Of a stretch of DNA of 64,000 nt, positions 27,621 to 39,606 are shown in pieces; positions within the stretch are counted from its first letter, which is position 1, and each line of letters begins with the position of its first letter. Where the stretch lies: positions 11,168,655 to 11,232,654 of the forward strand of contig NC_134033.1 in assembly GCF_964204645.1 (NCBI RefSeq), read 5' to 3'. The DNA comes from Tubulanus polymorphus (Eukaryota > Animalia > Nemertea). The notes under the pieces are model-generated. The model saw only the letters and a program-made list of their open reading frames with translations. It was not told the DNA's origin and searched no databases. Made by a program: the position numbers and the translations under genes.

Positions 27621-29207
27621 CTAATTGATACGACCACAGTCTTCGATAACATCAGGGGCAATCTTTTTCACTCCGAATTTGCGATTCTCTTTCTTTTTGG
27701 CTCGGTGTGCTTTAGCCTGATGGACGATGGGTATTACCAGACCGCCTACAACGGCTCCAACAACACCACCAGCTATTGCCCCAACGCCAACTCCAGCCAC
27801 TGCACCGATTCCGGCGCCTATTCCCATGCCTACACCTATACCAGTGCTTGCTCCACCTGCACAGGCAGCAGCAGCCGCTATACCGATCACACCGACTGGA
27901 TATGTCTACAAAATTGAAAATGTCAAAGTAAATACAGTCGAGTCCGCATAATTCGAATCACTTAGGACCGGCACGAATTTTAGTACGATTAAGTGACTGA
28001 ACTACAGTATAATAGGATATTCAAAGAAGGACTGAAAATACGAATTAATTACATGAATAAAGTGAACCGGACTCCGAAACTACGTCGATCGGGTGAAAGA
28101 TTCGCGATCACGGATTGTCTTGTTGCTGACATCCCCGATCCAATCCCTACGGCCACCGGCCAGGTGTAAACCCCCATAACTTTGATGGAAATAAAGTGAT
28201 ATTTGTCAAATGACTTTCTGATCCTCTATTCGGTCTAATTTTACTGTATTTTTAAAAATGTCTATATGTTTTCATGTTTAATCTTCTTGAATACCTGATG
28301 GCTGAATTCAATTCCATATCGACACCAATTCGTAAAGCATTCACAATTTCTTAGTATAAGGTTGTACTCATTTTTCCCGATCTGGTCAATAGCTCGCGCG
28401 ACGGTTTTTTCAGGAAGGTACGGCTCGTGTGTGATGTCAATTTCATTGTTGATTCGAGCTAAAGAAACTCCTGCAATCTGAAAACAAAATGGACCGCTAA
28501 ATAGCAATTCTAAATTATACACTATAAACTCAACCTTACTCGGCAGTTTTGGGTTTACACCCGATTGGCCGGATATACCAAGTGAAAAATCAGGGCACTT
28601 TTTTCGAAATAAATGTCCGTAAGATTTTACCGGGTACCGAGTAAGGGAGTCTGATTTACAACTGAAATCTTACCGTTTTCATATCTTCGATACGTATTTC
28701 TCCCTTTTTGAATTGACTCAGAGCTCGAGATTTCGGTTTGTCTAACGGCACGCCTAAGTGCACGAGAAAATGTAAATCACTGTCCATGTTACAATGGCCA
28801 CAATAGATGCCCCAATGGCTGTACCTTCCTCTGTTTATTTCGATTCGATCTCCAGGGCACATTCCGATATCCACCAGCCTCTTTATACTGGACCAATCAG
28901 ACTTCATGTTATAGTTATTTCCGGCCTGTTGTATTAAACGCAGCGGAGGGGCTTTCGTGTCTCTTTTCAAAATCGTCGTGTCCAGAAGGTCTAACTTCAT
29001 TTTATCAGGCGTCTTCGACGAAGAGGAACTAGAAGGTGGACTTATTCTAGAGCCGTTTTTGTTGCGCGTAGCATCGAGGGTTTCAGTGACGGAGTCGATT
29101 TGAACGTTTTCTGCTGGAGTTTGACTGAAAGCGCCGAGTTGGCTATTCATGAGATCTTCTTTCTCTCGTGCCCGTAAGGAGCCAAATCTGACAACGTCGG
29201 CTTCCAT
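27621..29207 (-). CDS. LRAT/PLAAT (HRASLS)-domain protein with C-terminal glycine zipper, 3 coding exons
   Basis: Exons 28674-29207, 28295-28477, 27621-27905, both introns phase 0. Motifs PGDRIEINRGRYSHWGIYCG, LVHL, RINN and YNLILRNCECFTNWCRYG give the His/His/Cys triad; tail GIGVGMGIGAGIGAVAGVGVGAIAGGVVGAVVGGLV followed by a basic segment. Confidence 0.88.
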
Positions 29208-31386
29208 CGTAGAAACAAACAAGTACCGGTTATTAGAAATGTATTTTACTTCTCTACAACGATATAAAAGCGAAACAACGAGGAATCGATTAAACATAGT
29301 AACATATACATATAGTATTCACAAAATTCTTTAAAACCCGTTCAGGAGGATATAATTTTCACAGGACCCGCATACTCTTAGAAATATGTAAATATGACTC
29401 GTAATGATTTATTCTAACCTCAGTGCACTCGTCCACGGATGCTGCTTCGTTTCAAAATTAATTTGCTATAGTAACTCAGATTTAGCCTGATGCGACAGTT
29501 CATTCCATTTTTGCACTCATTTTGCGCTTTTACCGTAGGTCGGTCCTTACCTCAAATGGCTGCAGGGAGCGTTTCCTGTGTCAATAGAGGACATGCCGTG
29601 TCATTATTTACGTCTTATAGTTCATTTCGAATGTCTGACGGTCGTTTAAAGAAATATCATCGGCCGCCGATCGTTATTCTGCGAGGACCATGGGTGTGGA
29701 TAAGAAATTTATGGGTCTACCTCGTTTTTCATTTCATCTGAGTTTAAAAGTCGACCCACCCGGCCGACTGATGGCCCTCGTTCGCCTGATAGCCGTATTT
29801 AGCACGATGCAGCAGCCACCCATAGATTTTAGATAAGCAGTTTAAAAAGCGACCAAGTGGATTATGAGAAACAAGTTAAAAGGTACCACCGGTGTTATCT
29901 AGAAAGTTTTTCACTGTGAGCCATTCTGAACGGTGGCTCCCGATCAGACAACCTACCAACGATGAGTACAACGCGGTACGTACATATAGGCCTCGTCAGA
30001 TACTCAACTGCCTGTACAACCTTTTACAGAAAGGGCCATTATTGAAACGAATACAGAATATTAAGGATGTTCTTTTTGATTAGACCAAATTACCTGGAAT
30101 CCACCGAAAAAAGCGGGAGGTTTCGACTATGCTGCTTACGTACGGTACACTGACTAATACACGATGAGCTAAAACCTGGCGTACAGCATGGCAAATACAT
30201 GTAATAAGTCTACCACACAGCGTATATACAGTACAGCATTTCATGCATAGAGACACATGAATCATGGTAAACAACTACATTTGTAAACACACTTTTTGCC
30301 TAGGTCATAGATAATAGGAAATATCGGTCTACCCGCATACAACAAAAGACATTAGTTAACCAAGGCGGATTTCCAGGGGGAATGCACCTGTGGGTCGCAC
30401 GCTCCCCTTTCGATCAAATGTCCTTAATTTCTTGTCCAAATTGAGGTTCAACTAAATAAAAAGATTTGACTTTTCTAATTGTCTAAACATTTTTTTGATA
30501 ACATATCACCATTCTTACTGATACAAAACGTTCGGCTTCGTCTCCAGTTAGAGGGATTTCTCAGGAAACGCGACCTCCTTTTAAACATTCCTGGACCCAC
30601 CCCTGAACTGCGGCAATCTATCGATCGAACAGCGGTCAGTAGTGCGGTAGGTCAAGGGCGTTTTGAGCGGTAGGTCAAGGGTGTTATAAGCCGGGCGTAG
30701 GTCGACGCGATGCGATCCGCGATTCTGGTTGTCACGTGGTAACTAAAATAGCACCAAAAACCATGGACAGATAGAACGGTTCGAATCCTGGCTATTACAA
30801 GGCAAAACTGCCGGGGCTTCTTACACGCTCGTTGATTTCTTCTGCGTTTTCTATCCCCACCAACCGATTCCATTCCATTGATAGGCTATTTAGTAATAGT
30901 CTTGAATGGGCGAAGCTATGAATGCAAAAGGAGGAGATTTAATCCTAAAAAAATTATGTCAAAACGCATCTCATTACCATTGTGGGTGTTGGTTCAAATC
31001 GCGTCAAATCCGAGTCGCAAGAGCGCCTACGTAGGTCGGATGCGACTGTCACGTCGCGTCGCAGAATGTAGAACGTGTACACATTTTCTAATCATAGTGA
31101 TGAAACTAACAACAACTCAAATCTTTATCGATCGCTGTTTTGGCGTCTGCCGGTACTGAGGTAAATTGCACAAATCTTTTATGAATTCATATTTTACTGT
31201 GCATAGTGCTAGGTAGGACTATAAACTACAGATCCAAAAAAGGTTCGTCTTGGCTTCTGTCAACGTCTGATGGAAAGGAATTGATTTATTGTATTGAGAT
31301 TGGCTTGACATCGACGAATTGTAACTGGAAGTTGTCATTTCGGATACCATTACCATACTTTTTTACCCCATGTACTAAGCACACTG

Positions 31387-31515
31387 GGCCCAGTTTCACA
31401 AACAAGTTTAACTCAAATTTTAGGTGTAATTGCCATTGGTTACTTCATGTTTTCAATGAGGACAACAATTCAAACTTAACTGTTTTACGCTAAAACTTTT
31501 TCGTGAAACTGCTCC
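31387..31515. mobile_element. Harbinger-like MITE (also 43507-43635; inverted relative to 18067-18195)
   Basis: CTG flanks; TIR ggcccagtttcac / gtgaaactgctcc; internal sequence shared with the 18 kb element. Confidence 0.75.
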
Positions 31516-33898
31516 CTGGGCATCAATTTTAGTTTAGTTTAATGGTAACAGGTTGCTCGCGACGAAAACCGAGATTAGTTATGTACGTAGTCGCATGAAT
31601 CCGAGTCAGCGCGATTTTCAAGCGATTTATCAGTCGCCAAAAAAGCCTGTCTGCATCGAGGCTTAACGCGACACGTGTTTCACCGTGTTTTATTTTCACC
31701 TATACATGATTCGATTTTTACAGCGTCTGGCGCCTATAGTTATTGTCTGTCTCCTGTTTTTGACGCCGAAAAACCCGTTGCAATGATGTTTTCTTTTGAT
31801 GCCTATTACTTCTTCTTCTATGACATAACCAACGCCGCTGTATAACAACTAGGCATATTCCTAGTTGTTAGAGCTGCGTCACGATGTGACGTACGTACAA
31901 GAAAGGGACCTCCAATTATCGTGGTCTACAGTAAGTTCCTCCAGGATAGTTAGCGTTTCGCTTGGCGTCAACTTAAGATCAAGTTCTATGTCCCCAAGGG
32001 CTAGGTCTTAACGAATTATCGACAACAAGAATACCTAGTACCGTACATGAATGCATTATATCAGGGAGGTGTGAGTCGATGTGCACTACGTCGTCAATAT
32101 TGGTGTTTTCAAAATAACAATTACAATTGTGAATTTTGGCATTTATTTTTTAACTAAATATATTCCAAAAATCATATTTTCTTTTTTGACGCCTTATAAA
32201 ACGTTACCATGATGAAACCTAAACAATGTTAACCATTCAGCGTCATTTTACAAACGACAACCGTAGATCGATGTGCAAAACGTCACAGGTTTATGTGTAC
32301 ACATACAAGCTCTTTGGCAAAATATTATTGATAAAGATATAGAATGGCTCCCTGTGATTATATAATGACCTCTATTTGAACGTCGAAATGTTATATTGCG
32401 TTGAATATTTTGAGAAGACGTATTGTTATAGTAAAGAAAGTATGATTATATCAGGAGCGGCAGGCATAAATAGAAATGATAAGTAAATCGGATTATTCGG
32501 TTAAATGGCGGATGTATACACGATTTGGTGGTCTGATATAAAAGTCAGACCCTGACATGGGGATGCTAGTGGAATGACGAAGCTATCTACGATATGTGTA
32601 GGGCCGGTGTGAATTTCATCGGCGGCTGCTACAAGCGGTCTATATAAAAACGTGTAAACATATAATTTCAACATTCAAATGTTCTAGAAAATATGTTCGA
32701 TATTAGGGGTATGCAGGTTTCATGAGATTAGCAATTTATAATAGCATAGCTGTCATATACGGCTCCGCGTCCACTGATGGCATGTGTATAAGGATATCAA
32801 TTCAATTCAATACTTTATTGATCCTTATTACATTGAAATTCCGGGATAATATTCCCAAATTCAATAAAGTTACAAATTTTAAAATAAGAAAATACAAAAT
32901 ACAAGTCACACGGGTAATTCATACAGAATAACATGAATAAGTTATTTAAATGACAATGTCTACTTCCACCCAGACTCGAGTTTAGGATATCGAAATACAG
33001 CCAAACCGGGCCCCGGGACCAGGCCGGCTGGCTACACGATATGCTCAAAGTCATGATGAAGCAGACACCAGAAGAGCTCTTTCTTCAACCATGGAGGCAA
33101 TGACGTTGCAGACCAGCTTAGAGGCAAAAGTGAATCGAAGTCGGTCACAAGTTGACAATTTTTTTTAAATTAGACCAGTCGAAGACTGTATCATCTACCC
33201 AATCGCCAAATCTCATAATTCCCCAAATTTCTTAAAACTTCGATTTCAATTATGCAATTCCACATTAGCTTATCCCAGAAATTCTACATTTTTTCGCAGG
33301 CGTTCAATAATTTATTAAAGTTAATTTTCTTGTTGATAAATTTTGATGATTAATTTTGTGAGGATGTGTGTGCTACGTCATCAATATATCGGGGTTAGAC
33401 TGGTTACCGTTTTATTCAATTCAATTATTGACATATTCAAATCTAAAATGACTTAAATGATCCTTGATATGTATCTGATTACCACCACCTTTTTGTCGAC
33501 AGTATTAAGCAATATGTGTGTAGGCATCAAAACTAGTTAGTTTTCTTCGTCTTGTCGCCATATCAGATTTTATTCAGGATATTCAGCGTTTCTGTTGTTG
33601 ATGCGTCCACCAAAACCAGTGGGAAAGGGTTCGAATCTAAAAGATTCCCGCGTCTCCTCTGTATTCAGCATCCTGAAATTGACTTGAAATCCAATGTGTC
33701 CAAAACGTTGTTGCCAATGTTTGTCATTATTGTTTTTTTACCTCAACGAGACGACCGTAAAAATCATTTATTCGTGATAGTCAGATAAACACTAGAGTTA
33801 TAAAATGAAAATATGTTCATATTTCAAATGAGGCACGAAAAAATTACTTGATAAATGTTCAATTTTGAAAGCCGCTTACGAAATACTGCAGTAGAATG

Positions 33899-33959
33899 TA
33901 TAAAACCGATCGATTTATTTTGGTAGGGAATTGTTCTGAAGCTGAAAACTCAGGTAAGA
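33899..33959 (+). promoter_or_regulatory. Candidate TATA box and short non-coding first exon of the cysteine-rich peptide gene
   Basis: tataaaa at 33899-33905 and a strong donor cag|gtaaga at 33953/33954. The peptide ATG (35382) is one base after an acceptor (tcaatttcag), which suggests an upstream non-coding exon. Assigning this particular exon is inference. Confidence 0.45.
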
Positions 33960-34329
33960 CCATAAGCTACCGGTAACAAGGTAAAAAAACTCATCGTCGA
34001 TCAAGCAGTGTCATGATACGAAGTAAAGAATGGGGTAAAAAGTAGAAACTACCAATTTTAAGATGTTTCCGAGATGTATAAAATGCTGACCACTGCGCGT
34101 ACAATCGACTAGAGAACGATGAAATGTGGGAGGCTTCGACCATGCGGAGAAGAATTGGTCCGGGCAGGTCAAACTGGTTCGGACCTGGTCTTGGTCCGGG
34201 TTTGATTGCCGATACGAGACACACGGTCACACGTAAATCACTACGATCGGTTTGGCCGAAAATGTGTCCCGTCCCCGTGCCAAGCAGGCACGCCGGGACT
34301 TATTTAGCACCAGTGGCAACGAACAACAT

Positions 34330-35232
34330 GAGTAATAGGGTATATGTCTATTCATACCAGAGGATGAATCATGTGATTTATTGCTTCGAGTATAATTTTT
34401 TCCACAATTACATAACTCTTTTTCATTAGGTTCATATTTCTTTTAGGTGTAACAATTTTATTGTCTAAGTTACATTGAATTCCCACATCTTTAAATGATT
34501 TTTCATTTGGAATGTCGGGGATAAACCATTTTTCTTGTAATCTGAAAAACATTACATAACATTCTCTGAAAGGGCAATAACGTAAGTGTATAAATAATGA
34601 TTTATCTGAATTTTCATTATTTAAAAGTGATTGTTTTTCATCAGTAATTATTAAATGTTTATCTATTTCATCAAATGTTGTGAATTTTGGAATTATTGTA
34701 TTGAATAAGATGTTATCTTTTTCATTCGATAACTCTATCATTAGATAATGATTTTTTAAACTTTTTCAGAAAGCCTAATTCAGTAATATTATTCACTTGA
34801 AAACGAAAACGTGCAGTTTTAATCAAATCTTTAATAGGAATAAAATGTTTAATTGTAAAATATTTTTCTAATTCATGTAATCAATATCTTTGAAATGTAG
34901 TATCTGTTCTTTCATTTATTAGTAATTTTTTTAATCAAAATGTATATTTTCATCAAATCGCTAATTACTCGTTACTTTTTATGTTCTTTTAATTCTACCA
35001 TTTATTTTACATATGCTTTTATTAAAATTGATTTTCATATATATGATATTCATTTATATAATGTTCATATATATGAAATTATTAGAGTAATAGGGTATGT
35101 CTTTTCATATCAGAGGTTGAGGGGGCGAGTGAGTAAAAATAAAGATAAATTCGAGCGTGTGAGAATCTATTTTCATTTTTATGAGCTCGACCTCTCGACC
35201 TCTGGTATAGAAAGACATATACCCTATTACTA
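34330..35232. mobile_element. Non-autonomous TIR element (Sola-like: GAG terminus, 4-bp TSD) carrying an AT-rich orphan ORF
   Basis: TSD acat at 34326-34329 and 35233-35236; ~33-bp TIR gagtaatagggtatatgtct...ataccagagg; third internal TIR at ~35085; disrupted minus-strand ORF ~34352-34915. Confidence 0.75.
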
Positions 35233-35381
35233 ACATGAATTGTGATCACGATTAATCAAATTCAAAATCAGGATCAAATTCTAATAACTTAAACGATTGG
35301 ATAAAAAACTATACAAACTATTTCATTGTCGTAGTAGTAACTCAGCGGAGAAATTATGGACATTTCTGATTCAATTTCAGA

Positions 35382-35655
35382 ATGTTTACCAAAACCCTGT
35401 TCATCGCGTTGGCCTTGTTTATGGTCGTTGGAGCTATCGCGGCAACTGAAGGTATTGAATTTGGTTTTTAACAACCCGTGAATTTTATTCTAATTTACAA
35501 GTCTAATCAAAGTGGCGTTTAATCTATTTACAGAAATTCAGATTGAAGAGCGAGGTATATCGTGCACTTGCAGAGGGAGAGCAGGTACATATTGGTTCTG
35601 GAGTTTTAACCAAAGTTGTTGTCGTTCTTTTATGGGAAAATGTTGTCCTAATTAA
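35382..35655 (+). CDS. Secreted cysteine-rich prepropeptide, APETx/BDS-like (beta-defensin fold), copy 1
   Basis: Exons 35382-35451 and 35534-35655 (phase-1 GT/AG intron, 82 nt): MFTKTLFIALALFMVVGAIAA-TEEIQIEER-GISCTCRGRAGTYWFWSFNQSCCRSFMGKCCPN*; aataaa at ~35709. Confidence 0.88.
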
Positions 35656-35842
35656 GATTATCGTGTCTGATATTTCACTAAGTCTTCAAGGAATTGAAAA
35701 TCTAGTCGAATAAAACGGCAACAATGTAATGTACGACCTATTTTCTAGTGTTTAGTTTATTCTCTGTTTTAGCTCCAACAGGCTATGTTAATTTTCAAGT
35801 TTTATTTGGGAAGTTATCGACGCGTGTTTTGATGGATTGCCT

Positions 35843-37443
35843 TTAACTCATTAGTTGCAGTTCATTCGTATTGATAGTTTGACTGATCGCGTTGTTTTCA
35901 GGTCGATCGACATCGCTGATAGTTTGGGGCATCGGTACATCTCTAGTTTCCGGTAAGGGTAACACGAGTAATGCGGTAACCAGTCCAATACACCCGATAA
36001 TCACGCCCGGCAACCAATATATAAATTGAGCCTGAAACAAATCAATCTTTACCTGGAATTTTGTATTTACAAGTTACTACAGGATTGAAAATGTAAAAGG
36101 TTTTCAAAGACCTACCAAATAAGCGGCGAATGGTGCTGTCATAGAGCCTATTCGGGCAAATGCTGAAGCAATACCCACGGCGCGGTTTCTGTGAAATATA
36201 CATTTGATTAATAACTAGAACATTTTGGATTTTCTCTCTAAGTTTTTTAGTGTAAAATCTCACCTGAAGTTAGTGGGGTAAAGTTCACTGGTATGGATAT
36301 AGATAGTACCATAAGCTGCCGTGCAGCAGAATTTCCCAATGGTATTAAACGTCATTATTAACGGAACCAGATTCGTCTCTCCTAGAAAACACAAGATGTA
36401 ACGAGATAGAAATTTCAGCGTCGTAAAAACCGTTACAAATAGATGTTTTTCATATATTGATCACTACTATGCATTATGTTAAGGTTATTGTGTGTCGATG
36501 AGCACTACGTCATCAATATTTGCGTTTCAAAATAAAAAACTGGCAAATAAAGTTTCAAGTTTGTCTACACACGTACCGATCATTTCAGGACAGAACGTCG
36601 CAGCTATCAACACTAAACCGGTTATAGCATTTAGTCCTACTAGAGAAATCCGTCTTCCAATACTGAAATATACGCTGATCACAGTATTTATATAATTTAA
36701 TCGCGAGTCTTTATGCTGCTATCTGCCGATTCAAACTTACTACTGGAGAGAAAAGTGCATAACAAGATAACTTGGCAGTTCAATAGCTGCGCCCAGGAAA
36801 TAATTCGCAAATCGACCTCCAGCCATTACTGTCGTACTCAATGTCAACCCGTAATAAATGAGACTCGTACAACACCTAGTAACAAGAAACATCTTGAAAT
36901 CCAAACTAAATCAGCCACCAGACTAACTAATACGTGTAATACTTACCAGATAATAGCTTCTAGTATCGTGTATAGACGCAGTTTAGGATGTTTGAATATT
37001 TCTAGAATTCCAATCGTTTCATTATCAGAATCTTCACTACCCTTAGTGCAGCCTAGCATATTTGTAAACACCAGTTTTACTCTGTCGACAACTGATCTTT
37101 CATCTGAAATCAACAGATTCGATCTTTGAATATAGAAAGAACTGTAACGGAAGAGTTCTATGGAATAAATGATTCATTTTCATGAGTATTATGATCTATC
37201 GTCTGAAATTAACAGATTCGATCTTCTTTGAATATAGAAGATTTAAGTATTTTCATTAGTAAATGGATATGGAGTTACTTCGTACATGTGCTTCATTTAG
37301 CGGTTTCTGTGGTTTTTCTTATAGCAAAAATGGCGCTCGGAGAAAGTGAACGTTTGTTAAATTTCGCTGCTTTTCTCAAAATTATGATCGCCTCTTCGGT
37401 TCTGGAATTAGCGACAAGCCAGGCCACAGATTCATCGTACAAC
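35843..37443 (-). pseudogene. SLC22 organic cation transporter-like gene, 5'-truncated copy (3' exons only)
   Basis: Exons from LYDESVAWLV through LPETRDVPMPQT match 48287-49890. The upstream intron is cut at ~37988 by sequence copied from 27158, so exons 1-4 are missing. Confidence 0.8.
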
Positions 37444-38507
37444 CTAATTTACAAAAGTACATTATCAACATTTCAGAACGAATTAAGATCATCGGGATGT
37501 TAATCTTACGGAATTATTGTTTACCACTCCGGTGGATACGAAACCAGAATAAGGTTTATTCGTTCATTTGGCGTGTTGTAAATAGTAGAATGTTATTAAA
37601 GGCGCTCTCCAAAAACTGAAATACTCTTGAGGTCTTACTGTATATTGGGAGAGAGTTCAACGGAGGGAGTGGGGTAGAGAATTCAACAGTATGGGTGCAA
37701 ATGTTTCAAATACACGTCGGCCTAATCATTTCAGATCAGTGACGAATTGTCCAATGAAGGCCCAGCGACCAGAGTCAGTGTTGGCCTGGCGTTGATATCA
37801 CCATCGGGAATAGTTAGTTACCTAATCGTTAGTGGTAAGCTTTTTATAATCGGATGGGCTTATATATATGTGGTTTGTGAAAATATCCGATCGTGAAACT
37901 AAACCACAGACAAGTTACTGACTGCATCGGGAATAGAATACCATCAATATGATTTCGTGCAGGCCGTCTTATTCTAACCGTCAGGTGCAATCCATTAGTT
38001 CTTAAGGATATTTCAAATCCGAACGTACACACGATCAAGGCTGATGTAAAACGATGATTTTTATTATAATTTCATGACGGTTTAATGTTTAAGATAGATT
38101 GCAAGAAAAAAACCTTTAGCTTGTCTTAAAAGATGAAAACATTATAAAATATACACATGTATAGGGCCTACATACATACATTAAACAGTAAACCTCGTCT
38201 AACTGGGGCGAACACTGTGCTAAATCGATTTGAAGTCAGCGAAGTCCGAGTTTAAGATAGGAAAGTACTACCTAGATATCAGAAAAATGATCTCGTTTTT
38301 GTCCGAGTTAGTTTAGAGTCAGAGTTCACCGTGTCCGAAAAAGGCGATGTTTACTGTTTATTAAGTATTGTCGAGATATGAAGATCTGGAGACTTCTGGA
38401 GACTTTTGTTGTTTTATATAAACTATAGATAAAATATAAAGTGAATTGTAATATAATTATTTCGCCGATGTATCTAATTGATACGACCACAGTCTTCAAT
38501 AACATCG

Positions 38508-39606
38508 GGGACACGACGATCTTGAAAAGAGACACGAAAGCCCCACCGATGCGTTTAATTCGACAGGCCGGAAATAACTATAACATGAAGTCTGATTGGT
38601 CCAGTATAAAGAGGCTGGTCGATAGCGGTATGTGCCCTGGAGATCGAATCGAAATAAACAGAGGAAGGTACAGCCATTGGGGCATCTACTGTGGCCATTG
38701 TAACATGGACAGTGATTTACATTTTCTCGTGCACTCGTGCACTAAGCGTGCCGTTAGACAAACCGAAATCTCGAGCTCTGAGTCAATTCAAAAAGGGAGT
38801 AATACGTATCGATGATATGAAAACGGAAAGATTTCAGTTGTAAATCAGACTCCCCTTACTCGGTACCCGGTAAAATCTTACGGACATTTATTTCGAAAAA
38901 AGTGTCCTGATTTTTCACTTGGTATATCCGGCCAATCGGGTGTAAACCCAAAACTGCCGAGTAAGGTTGAGTTTATAGTGTATAATTTAGAATTGCTATT
39001 TAGCGGTCCATTTTGTTTTCAGATTGCGGGAGTTTCTTTAGCTCGAATCAACAATGAAATTGACATCACACACGAGCCGTACCTTCCTGATAAAACCGTC
39101 GCGCGAGCTATTGACCAGATCGGGAAAAATGAGTACAACCTTATACTAAGAAATTGTGAATGCTTTACGAATTGGTGTCGATATGGAATTGAATTCAGCC
39201 ATCAGGTATTCAAGAAGATTAAACATGAAAACATATAGACATTTTAAAAAATCCTATAAAATTAGACCGAATAGAGGATCAGAAAGTCATTTGACAAATA
39301 TCACTTTATTTCCATCAAAGTTATGGGGGGTTTACACCTGGCCGGTGGCCGTAGGGATTGGATCGGGGATGTCAGCAACAAGACAATCCCAGATCGCGAT
39401 CCTCTCACCCGATCGACGTGGTTTCGCAGTCCGGTTCACTTAATTCGTGTAATTAATTCGTAATTTCAATCCTTCTTTGAATATCCTATTATACTGTAGT
39501 TCAGTCACTTAATCGTACTAAAATTCGTGCCGGTCCTAAGTGATTCGAATTATGCGTACTTGACTGTATTTACTTTGACATTTTCAATTTTGTAGACATA
39601 TCCAGT
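38508..39606 (+). pseudogene. Inverted partial duplicate of the LRAT/PLAAT gene
   Basis: Reverse complement of ~28983-27896; lacks the start and the glycine-zipper tail; small duplication at ~38730 (ctcgtgcactcgtgcact) shifts the frame just after the second His. Confidence 0.85.

Larger units (their letters stand above)
30543..37988. repeat. Segmental duplication, copy 1 (~7.5 kb; copy 2 at 42661-50408)
   Basis: Near-identical colinear sequence; the same ORFs recur at ~12.1-12.5 kb offset (e.g. 31206 vs 43326, 36713 vs 49157). Confidence 0.95.

Noticed and set aside
27588-27951. Plus-strand Pro/Ala-rich and Cys/Ser/Thr-rich ORFs
   Set aside because: Antisense shadows of the glycine-zipper exon of the LRAT gene.
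28085-28180. Extra LRAT exon (LWGVYTWPVAVGIGSG...)
   Set aside because: Open only in the pseudogene copy (6 G vs 5 G); exons 2 and 3 already join in phase without it.
36713-37503. Plus-strand ORFs repeated at 49157-49947 and 56654-57144
   Set aside because: Antisense to SLC22 exons; they recur only because of the duplication.
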